64,000 bases of DNA, from the NCBI GenBank assembly GCA_045542035.1, contig JAZQKG010000026.1, positions 2,363 to 66,362 on the forward strand, written 5' to 3'. The notes below the pieces were generated by a model. It searched no databases. It had not been told where the DNA came from and saw only the letters and a list, made by a program, of their open reading frames with translations. The position numbers were made by a program, and so were the translations under genes. This stretch comes from Eubacteriales bacterium (GTDB taxonomy: Bacteria > Bacillota > Clostridia > Oscillospirales > CAG-272). Position 1 is the first letter of the stretch; every line of letters begins with the position of its first letter. Positions 48,195 to 56,912 of the stretch are shown in pieces.

Positions 48195-49568
48195 TTACCC
48201 TAAAAAGTTCTCTACGTATTTTATCTGAGCGTTCACACTCTCGTATCCGGTAGAACCTTCGGAAATACGCTTTCTGACGCAGGTTTCAAGTGAAATTTCC
48301 TCATAAAGATCACCGTCAAACATATCAGTATGTTTTTTATAATCGGATATGGGCATCTCATCAAGAGTTATATTTTTGTTTATGCACTCGGCAACTATTG
48401 AGCCAACAATTTTATACGCGCTTCTGAAGGGCATACCCTTCTTCGTCAGATAATCCGCAAGGTCGGTTGCGTTTATGAAGCCTTTTTTCGCAGCGTTATA
48501 CATATTTTCCTTGAGAGGCTTCATCGTTTCTATCATAGGAACAAAAACCTCGAGGCATTTGCCGACCGTCTCAACCGCGTCGAATATCGCCTCTTTATCC
48601 TCTTGCATATCCTTGTTATAGGCAAGCGGAAGTCCTTTTAACACTGTGAGCGTTGCCATAAGGTCGCCGTATACTCTTCCCGTCTTGCCGCGGACAAGCT
48701 CTGCCATATCGGGATTCTTTTTCTGCGGCATAATTGATGAGCCGGTAGTATACGCATCGTCAAGCTCAACGAATTTAAATTCCCAGCTTGACCAAAGGAT
48801 TATCTCCTCGGAAAATCTTGAAAGATGCATCATGATAAGCGAAAATGCCGCTTCAAGCTCAACGCAATAATCTCTGTCCGAAACTCCGTCAATAGAATTT
48901 TCGCATATTCCGTTAAATCCGAGATTCTTCGCAACCATGCGTCTGTCGGTAGGATAGGTCGTTCCCGCGAGAGCGCAGGAGCCAAGCGGAGAATAATTCA
49001 TTCTTGCTACCGCATCGTCAAGCCTCGTTACGTCACGCATGAACATCATAACGTACGCAAGGAGATGCTGAGCGAAGGTTATCGGCTGCGCTCTTTGAAG
49101 GTGAGTATATCCCGGCATTATTGCGTCGGTATTTTCCTTAGCCTTTTCCTTCAGTACAGAAATAAGCTCTATTAGCTGCTCTCTTATTTTTGCAACCTCA
49201 TCACGCATATAAAGTCTGAGGTCGAGGGCAACCTGGTCGTTTCTGCTTCTTGCTGTATGAAGCTTCTTTCCCGAATCGCCTATACGGCGGGTAAGCTCGG
49301 CTTCAACAAACATATGAATATCTTCAGCGCTCTCGTCAAACGGAAGCTTACCGCTCTCGATATCCGAAAGCACTGAGGAAAGTCCCTCTCTTATCTCCTC
49401 ATACTCCGCGCGGGTTATTATTCCCTTTGCCGAGAGCATAAGAGCGTGCTCCATCGAGCCCTTTATGTCCTGACGGTACATTTTTTTGTCAAAATGAATA
49501 GAAGAATTAAAATCGTCCGCGACGGCGCTTACCGCGCCGTCCGTACGTCCTGCCCACATCTTTTCCAT
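48195..49568 (-). CDS. argH: Argininosuccinate lyase
   Basis: Fumarate-lyase signature GSSIMPQKKNPD. Confidence 0.9.
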   Translation of the reverse strand: MEKMWAGRTDGAVSAVADDFNSSIHFDKKMYRQDIKGSMEHALMLSAKGIITRAEYEEIREGLSSVLSDIESGKLPFDESAEDIHMFVEAELTRRIGDSGKKLHTARSRNDQVALDLRLYMRDEVAKIREQLIELISVLKEKAKENTDAIMPGYTHLQRAQPITFAQHLLAYVMMFMRDVTRLDDAVARMNYSPLGSCALAGTTYPTDRRMVAKNLGFNGICENSIDGVSDRDYCVELEAAFSLIMMHLSRFSEEIILWSSWEFKFVELDDAYTTGSSIMPQKKNPDMAELVRGKTGRVYGDLMATLTVLKGLPLAYNKDMQEDKEAIFDAVETVGKCLEVFVPMIETMKPLKENMYNAAKKGFINATDLADYLTKKGMPFRSAYKIVGSIVAECINKNITLDEMPISDYKKHTDMFDGDLYEEISLETCVRKRISEGSTGYESVNAQIKYVENFLG

Positions 49569-49588
49569 AGTATATCTTTCTTAGTTAA

Positions 49589-50818
49589 TTACTTTTTATT
49601 GTTTTTAGCGTTTACCTGCGCCTGAACCTTGATAGGAAGTCCGAAAAGGTTGATAAATCCTGCGGAATCTGCCTGATTGTATACGTTATCCTCACCGAAG
49701 GTAGCAAGCTCCTCCGAATAGAGCGCAAAGTCACTCTTAACGCCCGCTTTTATAATATTACCCTTGTAAAGCTTGAGTCTTACCTTACCCGTAACGTTCT
49801 CCTGAGTCTTATCAACGAAAGCGGAAAGCGCCTCGCGAAGAGGAGTAAACCATTGTCCGTTATAAACAAGGTCGGCAAATGTAATTGCGAGCTCGCTCTT
49901 CTTGTGAGCTGTCATCTTATCGAGAGTAAGAGTTTCAAGATAGTTGTGAGCGAAATAAAGAATTGCTCCGCCGGGAGTTTCATAAACGCCTCGGCACTTC
50001 ATACCTACAAGACGGTTTTCGATAATATCAAGAAGTCCGATGCCGTTTTCACCGCCAAGCTTATTAAGAGCAAGAATAATTTCCTTAGCGCTCATTTTCT
50101 CGTCGTTAAGAGCTACGGGAATACCCTTTTCAAAATCAAGAGTAATATAGGTAGGCTTATCGGGCGCTGTCATCGGAGATACGCCCATCTCAAGAAATCC
50201 GGGCTTATCGTAAAGCGGCTCGTTCCATGCGTCCTCAAGGTCAAGTCCCTCGTGAGAAAGGTGCCAGAGGTTCTTATCCTTCGAGTAGTTTGTTTCACGG
50301 TTAATTTTAAGGGGAATGTTATGCGCCTCAGCGTAGTCAATCTCCTCCTCGCGAGACTTTATATCCCACTCACGCCAAGGAGCGATGATATGCATGTCGG
50401 GAGCAAACGCCTTAATGGTAAGCTCAAAACGAACCTGGTCGTTTCCTTTTCCGGTACAGCCGTGGCAGATTGCGTCAGCGCCCTCAGCCTTAGCTATTTC
50501 AACTATTCTCTTTGCGATAACGGGACGCGCGAACGACGTTCCGAGCATATACTCCTCGTAAAGAGCGCCCGCCTTAACGGTAGGAATAATATAATCGTCT
50601 ACAAACTCGTCGGTCAAATCTTCAACATAAAGCTTGGACGCGCCCGTCTTAAGCGCCTTTTCCTCAAGCCCTTCAAGCTCGTCTGCCTGACCGACGTTTC
50701 CCGATACAGCGATAACCTCGCAGTTGTTATAATTTTCCTTGAGCCACGGAATAATTATTGAGGTGTCAAGTCCTCCCGAATAAGCTAATACTACTTTTTT
50801 GATGTCTTTCTTTTCCAT
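49589..50818 (-). CDS. argG: Argininosuccinate synthase
   Basis: [12 protein letters not shown] motif. I prefer the ATG at 50818 (MEKKDIKK) with GGAGG (50831-50827) over the track start at 50902. Confidence 0.9.
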   Translation of the reverse strand: MEKKDIKKVVLAYSGGLDTSIIIPWLKENYNNCEVIAVSGNVGQADELEGLEEKALKTGASKLYVEDLTDEFVDDYIIPTVKAGALYEEYMLGTSFARPVIAKRIVEIAKAEGADAICHGCTGKGNDQVRFELTIKAFAPDMHIIAPWREWDIKSREEEIDYAEAHNIPLKINRETNYSKDKNLWHLSHEGLDLEDAWNEPLYDKPGFLEMGVSPMTAPDKPTYITLDFEKGIPVALNDEKMSAKEIILALNKLGGENGIGLLDIIENRLVGMKCRGVYETPGGAILYFAHNYLETLTLDKMTAHKKSELAITFADLVYNGQWFTPLREALSAFVDKTQENVTGKVRLKLYKGNIIKAGVKSDFALYSEELATFGEDNVYNQADSAGFINLFGLPIKVQAQVNAKNNKK

Positions 50819-50885
50819 TTTTAAAATCCTCCAAAACTTTAGGCAAACTGCCATTTTAATTTTATACGCTGATATTGTACCACTA

Positions 50886-50903
50886 ATTGAATAAATATGC
50901 AAT
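50886..50903. promoter_or_regulatory. Candidate ARG box (ArgR/AhrC operator) overlapping the arg promoter
   Basis: ATTGAATAAATATGCAAT matches 16/18 positions of the recalled consensus TNTGAATWWWWATTCANW. It overlaps the minus-strand TTGCAT-17-TACAAT promoter. Confidence 0.45.
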
Positions 50904-51153
50904 AGTTTTTTGAAAAATTATTAATTTTCAGCAAAGTGCACGAGTATTATATATAAGCTAAATACTCTTTTGTGAATATTTTGTGCAAATTTATGCATAT
51001 TTTCTGCATATATGCGCATAAATAGTCATTCGTTGATTTAAATGTAAAGCGAAAGATGCGATACCTATATTGACGAAGCCTTAAACCCGGCGAATCGCAC
51101 TTACACCCGACGAAAACGGACTTGTACACATTCCCTGATAAATATCAAATTAA

Positions 51154-51211
51154 AAGGCATAGAAATTTCAAGCAGCTATACTAACTTAGCTAATCGTAAA
51201 TTCTATGCCTT
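51154..51211. terminator. Terminator after galT
   Basis: 11-bp perfect stem AAGGCATAGAA / TTCTATGCCTT with a large loop and T-runs on both sides. Confidence 0.6.
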
Positions 51212-51217
51212 TTTTAT

Positions 51218-52708
51218 TTATATACTTCTTATAAATTTCAGAAACGCTTTTCTGCCTTCCGCAGAGCACTTATATACTCCCGCATCCGAAAGCACTCTTA
51301 CAAAGGTTTTTCCGATTTCATCTTTTAAAATATCCTCGGTGTTTTCTTCGGTAAAGCTATAATCACCTTTAAATTTTTCAAACCACGCTTTATGCTTCGC
51401 GGTGCTCTCAAGCTCAGAAAAATCGCGTCCCTCAAGAATAGCATTTTTCATATCGAAAATCTCGCTTTTGAGCCTTGACGGAAGAACGGCAAGACCCATA
51501 ACCTCGATAAGACCGATATTCTCTTTTTTAATATTATGATGCTCCGAGTGAGGATGATATACACCGAGCGGATGCTCATCAGTCGTTATATTGTTACGGA
51601 GAACAAGGTCAAGCTCATAATTTCCGCCTCTGCGCCTTGCTATCGGCGTTATCGTGTTATGCGGAACACCGTCGGTTTCTGCAAGGATAAAGGAATCCTC
51701 ATCTGTATACGAACGCCAAGCATTTAAAATTTTATCAGCAAGAGCTATAAGCTTATCCTTATCTGCCGAGCAAAGTCTAATTACAGACATCGGCCAACGA
51801 AGGATTCCCGCTTTTACGTCCAAAAATCCTTCAAACTCAACATCCGTGTCAATTTCCGCGCGCTCCATAGCAAACGTATACCGTCCGCCTTGCATATGGT
51901 CGTGAGAGAGGATAGAACCGCCTACTATAGAAAGGTCAGCATTTGAACCGATAAAATAATGAGGAAAGCAATCAACAAAGCCAATAAGCTTCTTAAACGT
52001 TGATTTATCGATTTTCATCGGAGTATGCTCTGCCGAAAGAGCTATGCAATGCTCGTTATAATAAACGTACGGAGAATATTGAAGGTACCATAATTCACCT
52101 GCCATATCGAAGGGTATTTGCCTCAAATTCTGGCGCGCGGGCTTTGAAATATTGCCCGCGTACCCCTCGTTTTCGTGACATAATAGGCATTTCGGATAAC
52201 CCGATTGCGGAAGCAGTTTTGCAGCAGCAATGTCTTTCGGTTCCTTTTCAGGCTTTGATAAATTTACCGTTATATCAATTGCCCCATACTCTGATTGGAA
52301 TTTCCATTTCACATCCTTTTGTATTCTGTCGGTTCTTATATAGTTCGAATCGCATTCAAGCGCGTAAAAATAATCGGTCGCGGCTTTAGGATCATTTCTA
52401 TAAAGCGAATAGAACCTTTCCGTAACGTTTGACGGACGGTCAACAAATACTCCCATCACAGCTGTATCGTAAAGATCGCGGTAAACGACACTGTTTTCCT
52501 CGAGAAGTCCTCTTTCATACGCAAAATCACAAATGTCTGATAGTATAAAATTAAGAGATCTGAGCTCTGAAACTTCGGCTACGTCAAAATCCGAAAGCTT
52601 CAAAAGCTCAAGAAGTCTGCCTATGGCATACGCTCTGTCTGATTCAGCAATCAGTTTACGATTAACCGCATATTCAACGAGCTCAGATAAAACGCAATTT
52701 ATATCCAT
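51218..52708 (-). CDS. galT: UDP-glucose--hexose-1-phosphate uridylyltransferase (type 2 GalT)
   Basis: ~496 aa, Firmicute-type GalT. N-terminal LVEYAVNRKLI and central GGSILSHDHMQGG motifs. Confidence 0.9.
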   Translation of the reverse strand: MDINCVLSELVEYAVNRKLIAESDRAYAIGRLLELLKLSDFDVAEVSELRSLNFILSDICDFAYERGLLEENSVVYRDLYDTAVMGVFVDRPSNVTERFYSLYRNDPKAATDYFYALECDSNYIRTDRIQKDVKWKFQSEYGAIDITVNLSKPEKEPKDIAAAKLLPQSGYPKCLLCHENEGYAGNISKPARQNLRQIPFDMAGELWYLQYSPYVYYNEHCIALSAEHTPMKIDKSTFKKLIGFVDCFPHYFIGSNADLSIVGGSILSHDHMQGGRYTFAMERAEIDTDVEFEGFLDVKAGILRWPMSVIRLCSADKDKLIALADKILNAWRSYTDEDSFILAETDGVPHNTITPIARRRGGNYELDLVLRNNITTDEHPLGVYHPHSEHHNIKKENIGLIEVMGLAVLPSRLKSEIFDMKNAILEGRDFSELESTAKHKAWFEKFKGDYSFTEENTEDILKDEIGKTFVRVLSDAGVYKCSAEGRKAFLKFIRSI

Positions 52709-52961
52709 AAAAAATTCTCCGATTCCGCCCTCTGCGAATAAATTTATTAAACGTATTCCTTAAACGGAAAAACATTTCCCGAAAACGACGGCTTTATATA
52801 GAATTAGAAGCTGAATTCATTATCTTCCATTCTATACTTGTCTATACTTGGACTCAAGTTCAGGACCGCAGGAATTTGAACCGATTACTGAATTAATGTC
52901 TTAAATTCGTTATTTTGAGGCCTCCGTTCTTATATTCAGCGCGGAGTGGCCTTGAAGCTTC

Positions 52962-53777
52962 TCATCTTCCAAACGCGCATCTGAGGCTGACCTCTGCGCT
53001 TATAAGCTCCTCGCGCGCTCCGTCTTCTCTTATAACGGTAAGAGCTCCCGAGTCGGTTATCGAAACGGCTTTTGCAAAAAAGGTTTCTCCCGACAATCGT
53101 CTTACTTCAACTCTCCTGCCGATGACCGTTGAACGCATGCGGTACTCATTCATATAATCAAGACCGGAGCATTCGGCAAAAAACTCGTCTATAAGCCTCG
53201 CGGCAAGAAGATTGATATCCGGAATTGCGCCTGTATGTTCCTCAACGGACGTGGCAATTTCCGAAAGCTCCTCCGGAAAATTCCTATTTCTAAGATTTAT
53301 TCCGATACCGCAAACCAGGTATGAAATAGCGCCCCTTTCGGAATCGAACTTCCCTTCCGTGAGAATCCCTGCGAGCTTTTTTCCGTTAACGAAGATATCA
53401 TTCACCCATTTTATTCCAAGAGATACGTCACACAAAGACTCGACAGCGCGGCACACTTTTACGGCAGCTTCTGCTGTAACGGCAGTCATATCTGCAATAT
53501 CCTTCTTCGGCTTAAAGAGAAAACTGATATAGAGTCCCGCTCCGTATTCCGAATCAAAGGACCTGCCGCGTCTTCCTCGACCCGCGTACTGACCATCCGC
53601 TATAAAAACGCATGGCGTTCCATCAAAGCCATCCTCGGCATACTCCCGAGCCCGTGTATTCGTAGAATCGGTCATGCCGTACAAAAAAAGCCTTTCTTTG
53701 TGTAAACTATTATTTGCAATATTTGCTAATATACGTTCTTGCGATAGAGTCGCAAGTCCATCGGTAATTTTTTTCAT
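52962..53777 (-). CDS. birA: Biotin--[acetyl-CoA-carboxylase] ligase (group I, no N-terminal HTH)
   Basis: GRGRRGRSF biotin-binding loop, KWVNDI. Only 271 aa. Confidence 0.85.
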   Translation of the reverse strand: MKKITDGLATLSQERILANIANNSLHKERLFLYGMTDSTNTRAREYAEDGFDGTPCVFIADGQYAGRGRRGRSFDSEYGAGLYISFLFKPKKDIADMTAVTAEAAVKVCRAVESLCDVSLGIKWVNDIFVNGKKLAGILTEGKFDSERGAISYLVCGIGINLRNRNFPEELSEIATSVEEHTGAIPDINLLAARLIDEFFAECSGLDYMNEYRMRSTVIGRRVEVRRLSGETFFAKAVSITDSGALTVIREDGAREELISAEVSLRCAFGR

Positions 53778-53873
53778 AATTAAGCCTCTTGATTCTTTTA
53801 CTACATTCTATCATACTTAGTATTCAAAGTCAATCGCTATTGCTTAAAAACACAAAAACAAAGTATAAAACGG

Positions 53874-55325
53874 ATGAATGATAGCAAACTAAGAGAAAGA
53901 ACTTTCAAGAGGAATAATATGGATTTTTTATCTTTAAATTACAGCGAAAACATTTCATTTCTTTCGACACGCCTAAGGGTTAATGAAAGCTTCGACATTA
54001 TAGAAAGGCATCTGACGGTTGCATCAAGGGACGTGTGCTTTTACTACATTGACGGCTTTATCAAGGATGCGGAAATGCTGAGAATAATGCAGTTTATGCT
54101 ATCGCAGAAAGAACTCGGAAACGCCGAAGAAATGCTCTCAAAGCTGCCCTACGTTGAGGTCGAATCAACAAGCGATGCAGCCAAGATAGTCCGCTCCGTT
54201 CTATCCGGTCAAGCAGCTGTTTTGACGGAATCATTTCTCGGACAAGCTATTCTTATAGACGCGCGAACCTATCCGTCGAGGTCAACGCAAGAGCCGGATA
54301 GCGACAGGGTTATGCAAGGCTCTCATGACGGATTCGTTGAAACGCTTGTCGTCAACACAGCGCTTATAAGACGCAGAATACGAGACGAGCGCCTGACAAT
54401 GCAGCATATTGACATGGGAGGTTCGTCAAAAACAGATGTCGTTGTCTGCTATATGAACGGAGTCGCAAACGGTAAATTAGTGAAAGAGGTTACGGAAAAG
54501 CTGACGCGCGCAAGACCGAAATCTGTGACGCTCGGTTTTCAAAGCCTTGCCGAGTCTCTTATACGCTCGGGATGGTACAATCCCTTTCCCAAAATAAGAA
54601 CAACCGAGCGCCCTGACACAGCCGCGGCTCAGCTCCTTGAAGGCAGCGTGCTTGTAATTTGTGACACGTCTCCCCAGGTAATGATATTGCCAACATCTAT
54701 ATTTCACTACCTTGAACAAACCGACGACTATTACTTCCCCCCTCTTACCGGCACCTATCTGCGCATCGTAAGAACGCTTATTCTTATCGCTTCGGTTGTT
54801 ATAACTCCTTTGTGGTATCTTTATCTTGAATATTCCGACAAGCTTCCAGAAGCCTTGTCCTTTCTCATTCCGGACGATCCGGGCGCGCTCCCAATAATTT
54901 TTCAGCTATTCCTTGTAGAGCTCGCCATTGACGGATTGAAAATTGCGTCAATGAACACGCCGGACATGCTCTCAAGCTCCCTCTCTATTGTCGGCGCTCT
55001 TATACTTGGAGATTTTGCGGTTGACGTAGGCTGGCTTTCATCCGACGTTATACTCTATATGGCGTTCGTTGCCATTGCTAATTTCGCGCAGCAGAATCAC
55101 GAGCTTGGCTACGCGTTTAAGTTTATGCGGGTTATGATTCTTACTCTCGTGTTCTTCTTCGGCATCTGGGGCTTCGCCGCGGGAATAATACTCTTCTGCA
55201 TCTTCGTCGCGTCGAACAAAACCGTGTCGGGAAGATATTATCTTTATCCTCTGATTCCGTTCAACGCGAAAGCAATGAAAAAGCTTTTAATACGAAATAA
55301 AAAGCAGGACTTTGAGAACAGATAA
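53874..55325 (+). CDS. GerA-family spore germination protein (SpoVAF-like; orphan A subunit)
   Basis: Soluble N-terminal domain (FYYIDGFIKDAEM, RTYPSRSTQEP) and a C-terminal domain of about 5 TM helices, typical of the GerAA/SpoVAF family. No adjacent B or C subunit genes. Confidence 0.75.
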   Translation: MNDSKLRERTFKRNNMDFLSLNYSENISFLSTRLRVNESFDIIERHLTVASRDVCFYYIDGFIKDAEMLRIMQFMLSQKELGNAEEMLSKLPYVEVESTSDAAKIVRSVLSGQAAVLTESFLGQAILIDARTYPSRSTQEPDSDRVMQGSHDGFVETLVVNTALIRRRIRDERLTMQHIDMGGSSKTDVVVCYMNGVANGKLVKEVTEKLTRARPKSVTLGFQSLAESLIRSGWYNPFPKIRTTERPDTAAAQLLEGSVLVICDTSPQVMILPTSIFHYLEQTDDYYFPPLTGTYLRIVRTLILIASVVITPLWYLYLEYSDKLPEALSFLIPDDPGALPIIFQLFLVELAIDGLKIASMNTPDMLSSSLSIVGALILGDFAVDVGWLSSDVILYMAFVAIANFAQQNHELGYAFKFMRVMILTLVFFFGIWGFAAGIILFCIFVASNKTVSGRYYLYPLIPFNAKAMKKLLIRNKKQDFENR

Positions 55326-55422
55326 AGTCCAAAAGGTTAATTTTTATAAAAAGTATTGCAAAAACGCTCAAAATGTAGTACAATGTATAAGAACGAGACT
55401 TAGAAAAGGAAAGTGAAGCCAA

Positions 55423-55845
55423 ATGGGAAAAAAGCTGAACGAGCATTTTCTTGCAAGCTATATTGCGCTTGACAAGGATTGCTGCGAAAAATTCGGCGTT
55501 GCATCAGGCGGCGTTACCGAATATATAAACCGTTTAAACAATGCTCGCTTTGCGCCCGGTCGCGAAGACGCGTTACCAAGACTTGTCAGGTATAGAAACA
55601 TCCGCAACAAGATGGCGCACGAAATCGGCTCTTTGAGAAGAGTAAATGAAGTGACAAAAGCGGATATTGCTTGGTTAAGGAAATTCGATAAAGACATTAT
55701 TAGGCGTAAAGACCCCATTTCCGCATATCTGAAAAGAGCGCGCCGATATGCAAGACGGCGCAGAATCAAAAAGTATTTGACAATCGGCGCAGCCGCGCTT
55801 GCCGTTATCTTAGGCATCATAGTGTTTTTTCTTCTCAAAAACTAA
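55423..55845 (+). CDS. Hypothetical tail-anchored membrane protein
   Basis: 140 aa: basic helical region, then a C-terminal TM helix (LTIGAAALAVILGIIVFFLL). TTGCAA-17-TACAAT promoter upstream. Confidence 0.5.
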   Translation: MGKKLNEHFLASYIALDKDCCEKFGVASGGVTEYINRLNNARFAPGREDALPRLVRYRNIRNKMAHEIGSLRRVNEVTKADIAWLRKFDKDIIRRKDPISAYLKRARRYARRRRIKKYLTIGAAALAVILGIIVFFLLKN

Positions 55846-55859
55846 GGAGTCTATCTTCA

Positions 55860-56648
55860 ATGCTTGCCAACTATCACACCCACACCTACAGATGCCGTCA
55901 TGCTTCGGGCACAGACGAAGAATACGTTCAAAAAGCGATAGCCGAGGGACTAAAAACCCTCGGCTTTTCTGACCATGCTCCTTATATATATCCCGACGGC
56001 TTTGTTTCATACTATAAAATGACTCCTGAGGAATCGGGCGAATATTTTTCTTCCATAAAAAGCCTTGCGGAAAAATATAAAGACAAAATAGATATACGTA
56101 TAGGCTATGAAGCCGAGTACTACCCTACACTCTGGCAAAGCACCTTAGAGCTTTGGGAAAACACGAATCCGCCAGAATATCTGATTCTCGGTCAGCATTT
56201 TATAAGAGAAGAATATCCCACAGCAGGCAGAATACACAGCGCCGCGGGAGGCGAGGAGAAAAGCTATTTAAAAATTTACACGGATACGGTCACCGAAGCG
56301 ATTTCCACCGGTAAATTTACTTATATCGCGCATCCCGACGTTATCAATTATTATGGAGACGACCTCGATTATTACAGGGAGCAAATGTCAAAAATCATAG
56401 TTGCCGCAAAGAATGCCGGCTTGCCGCTTGAAATAAATCTTCTCGGTCTCAGCGAAAAAAGAAGCTATCCCACACCGCTTTTTTGGGAAACCGCTTCAAA
56501 ATTCAACCCTGACGTAATACTCGGCTGCGACGCGCACGAGCCCGAACGCGTCGCGGATAAAAACGAAATCGCCGAAGCGCTCCGCTTCGCCGATAAATAT
56601 AAACTCAACATCATCGACGAAGTAAAGCTTATAGATCCGTTTAATTAA
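55860..56648 (+). CDS. PHP-family histidinol-phosphatase-like protein (HisJ family)
   Basis: N-terminal YHTHTYRCRHASG and GFSDHAPY PHP metal motifs. 262 aa. Confidence 0.8.
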   Translation: MLANYHTHTYRCRHASGTDEEYVQKAIAEGLKTLGFSDHAPYIYPDGFVSYYKMTPEESGEYFSSIKSLAEKYKDKIDIRIGYEAEYYPTLWQSTLELWENTNPPEYLILGQHFIREEYPTAGRIHSAAGGEEKSYLKIYTDTVTEAISTGKFTYIAHPDVINYYGDDLDYYREQMSKIIVAAKNAGLPLEINLLGLSEKRSYPTPLFWETASKFNPDVILGCDAHEPERVADKNEIAEALRFADKYKLNIIDEVKLIDPFN

Positions 56649-56710
56649 AACCTTTTTACAGCTACGCGAAAACGGTATTTTCACATAACATTTGACCATA
56701 CACTCAAAAA

Positions 56711-56745
56711 AACGCCTCAAATTCGGTCTGCGAAAATGAGGCGTT
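56711..56745. terminator. Bidirectional terminator
   Basis: AACGCCTCA / TGAGGCGTT stem flanked by A6 upstream and T7 downstream. Confidence 0.75.
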
Positions 56746-56772
56746 TTTTTAGCTTTTCGATATTTGCGGCTT

Positions 56773-56859
56773 TCAGGAATTCTTTTTTAGGTTGACTTTA
56801 AAGATTCTCGCAAGTATCGGAGCGAGAAATTTAGGCGAATGTATAATAACAATCTTCAT
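56773..56859 (-). CDS. spoVM: Stage V sporulation protein M-like 28-aa peptide (not in the ORF track)
   Basis: My translation is MKIVIIHSPKFLAPILARIFKVNLKKNS*. AAGGA RBS upstream. It shares M-K, I6 and the PKFL core at positions 9-12 with B. subtilis SpoVM as I recall it (MKFYTIKLPKFLGGIVRAMLGSFRKD). The terminator at 56711-56745 follows it. Confidence 0.6.
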   Translation of the reverse strand: MKIVIIHSPKFLAPILARIFKVNLKKNS

Positions 56860-56912
56860 AATATGTTTCCTTTTCGGGCGGTCTCGGAATATCCTCACCG
56901 CCTGTTATCATA

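Noticed and set aside
49853-50761. 302-aa plus-strand ORF
   Set aside because: It is antisense to argG (clear AYSGGLDTS synthase). It is a shadow ORF.
50947-51129. 60-aa minus-strand ORF upstream of argG
   Set aside because: It lies in the arg control region. The sequence is Cys/Arg/Phe-rich and implausible, with no RBS. The DNA is better explained by operator-like palindromes.
51040-51150. Slightly GC-richer patch with a TGCGAT...ATCGCA long-range dyad upstream of the arg control region
   Set aside because: I could not fold it into any recognisable RNA motif or assign a protein frame. It is possibly a relic sequence, and there is too little evidence to report.
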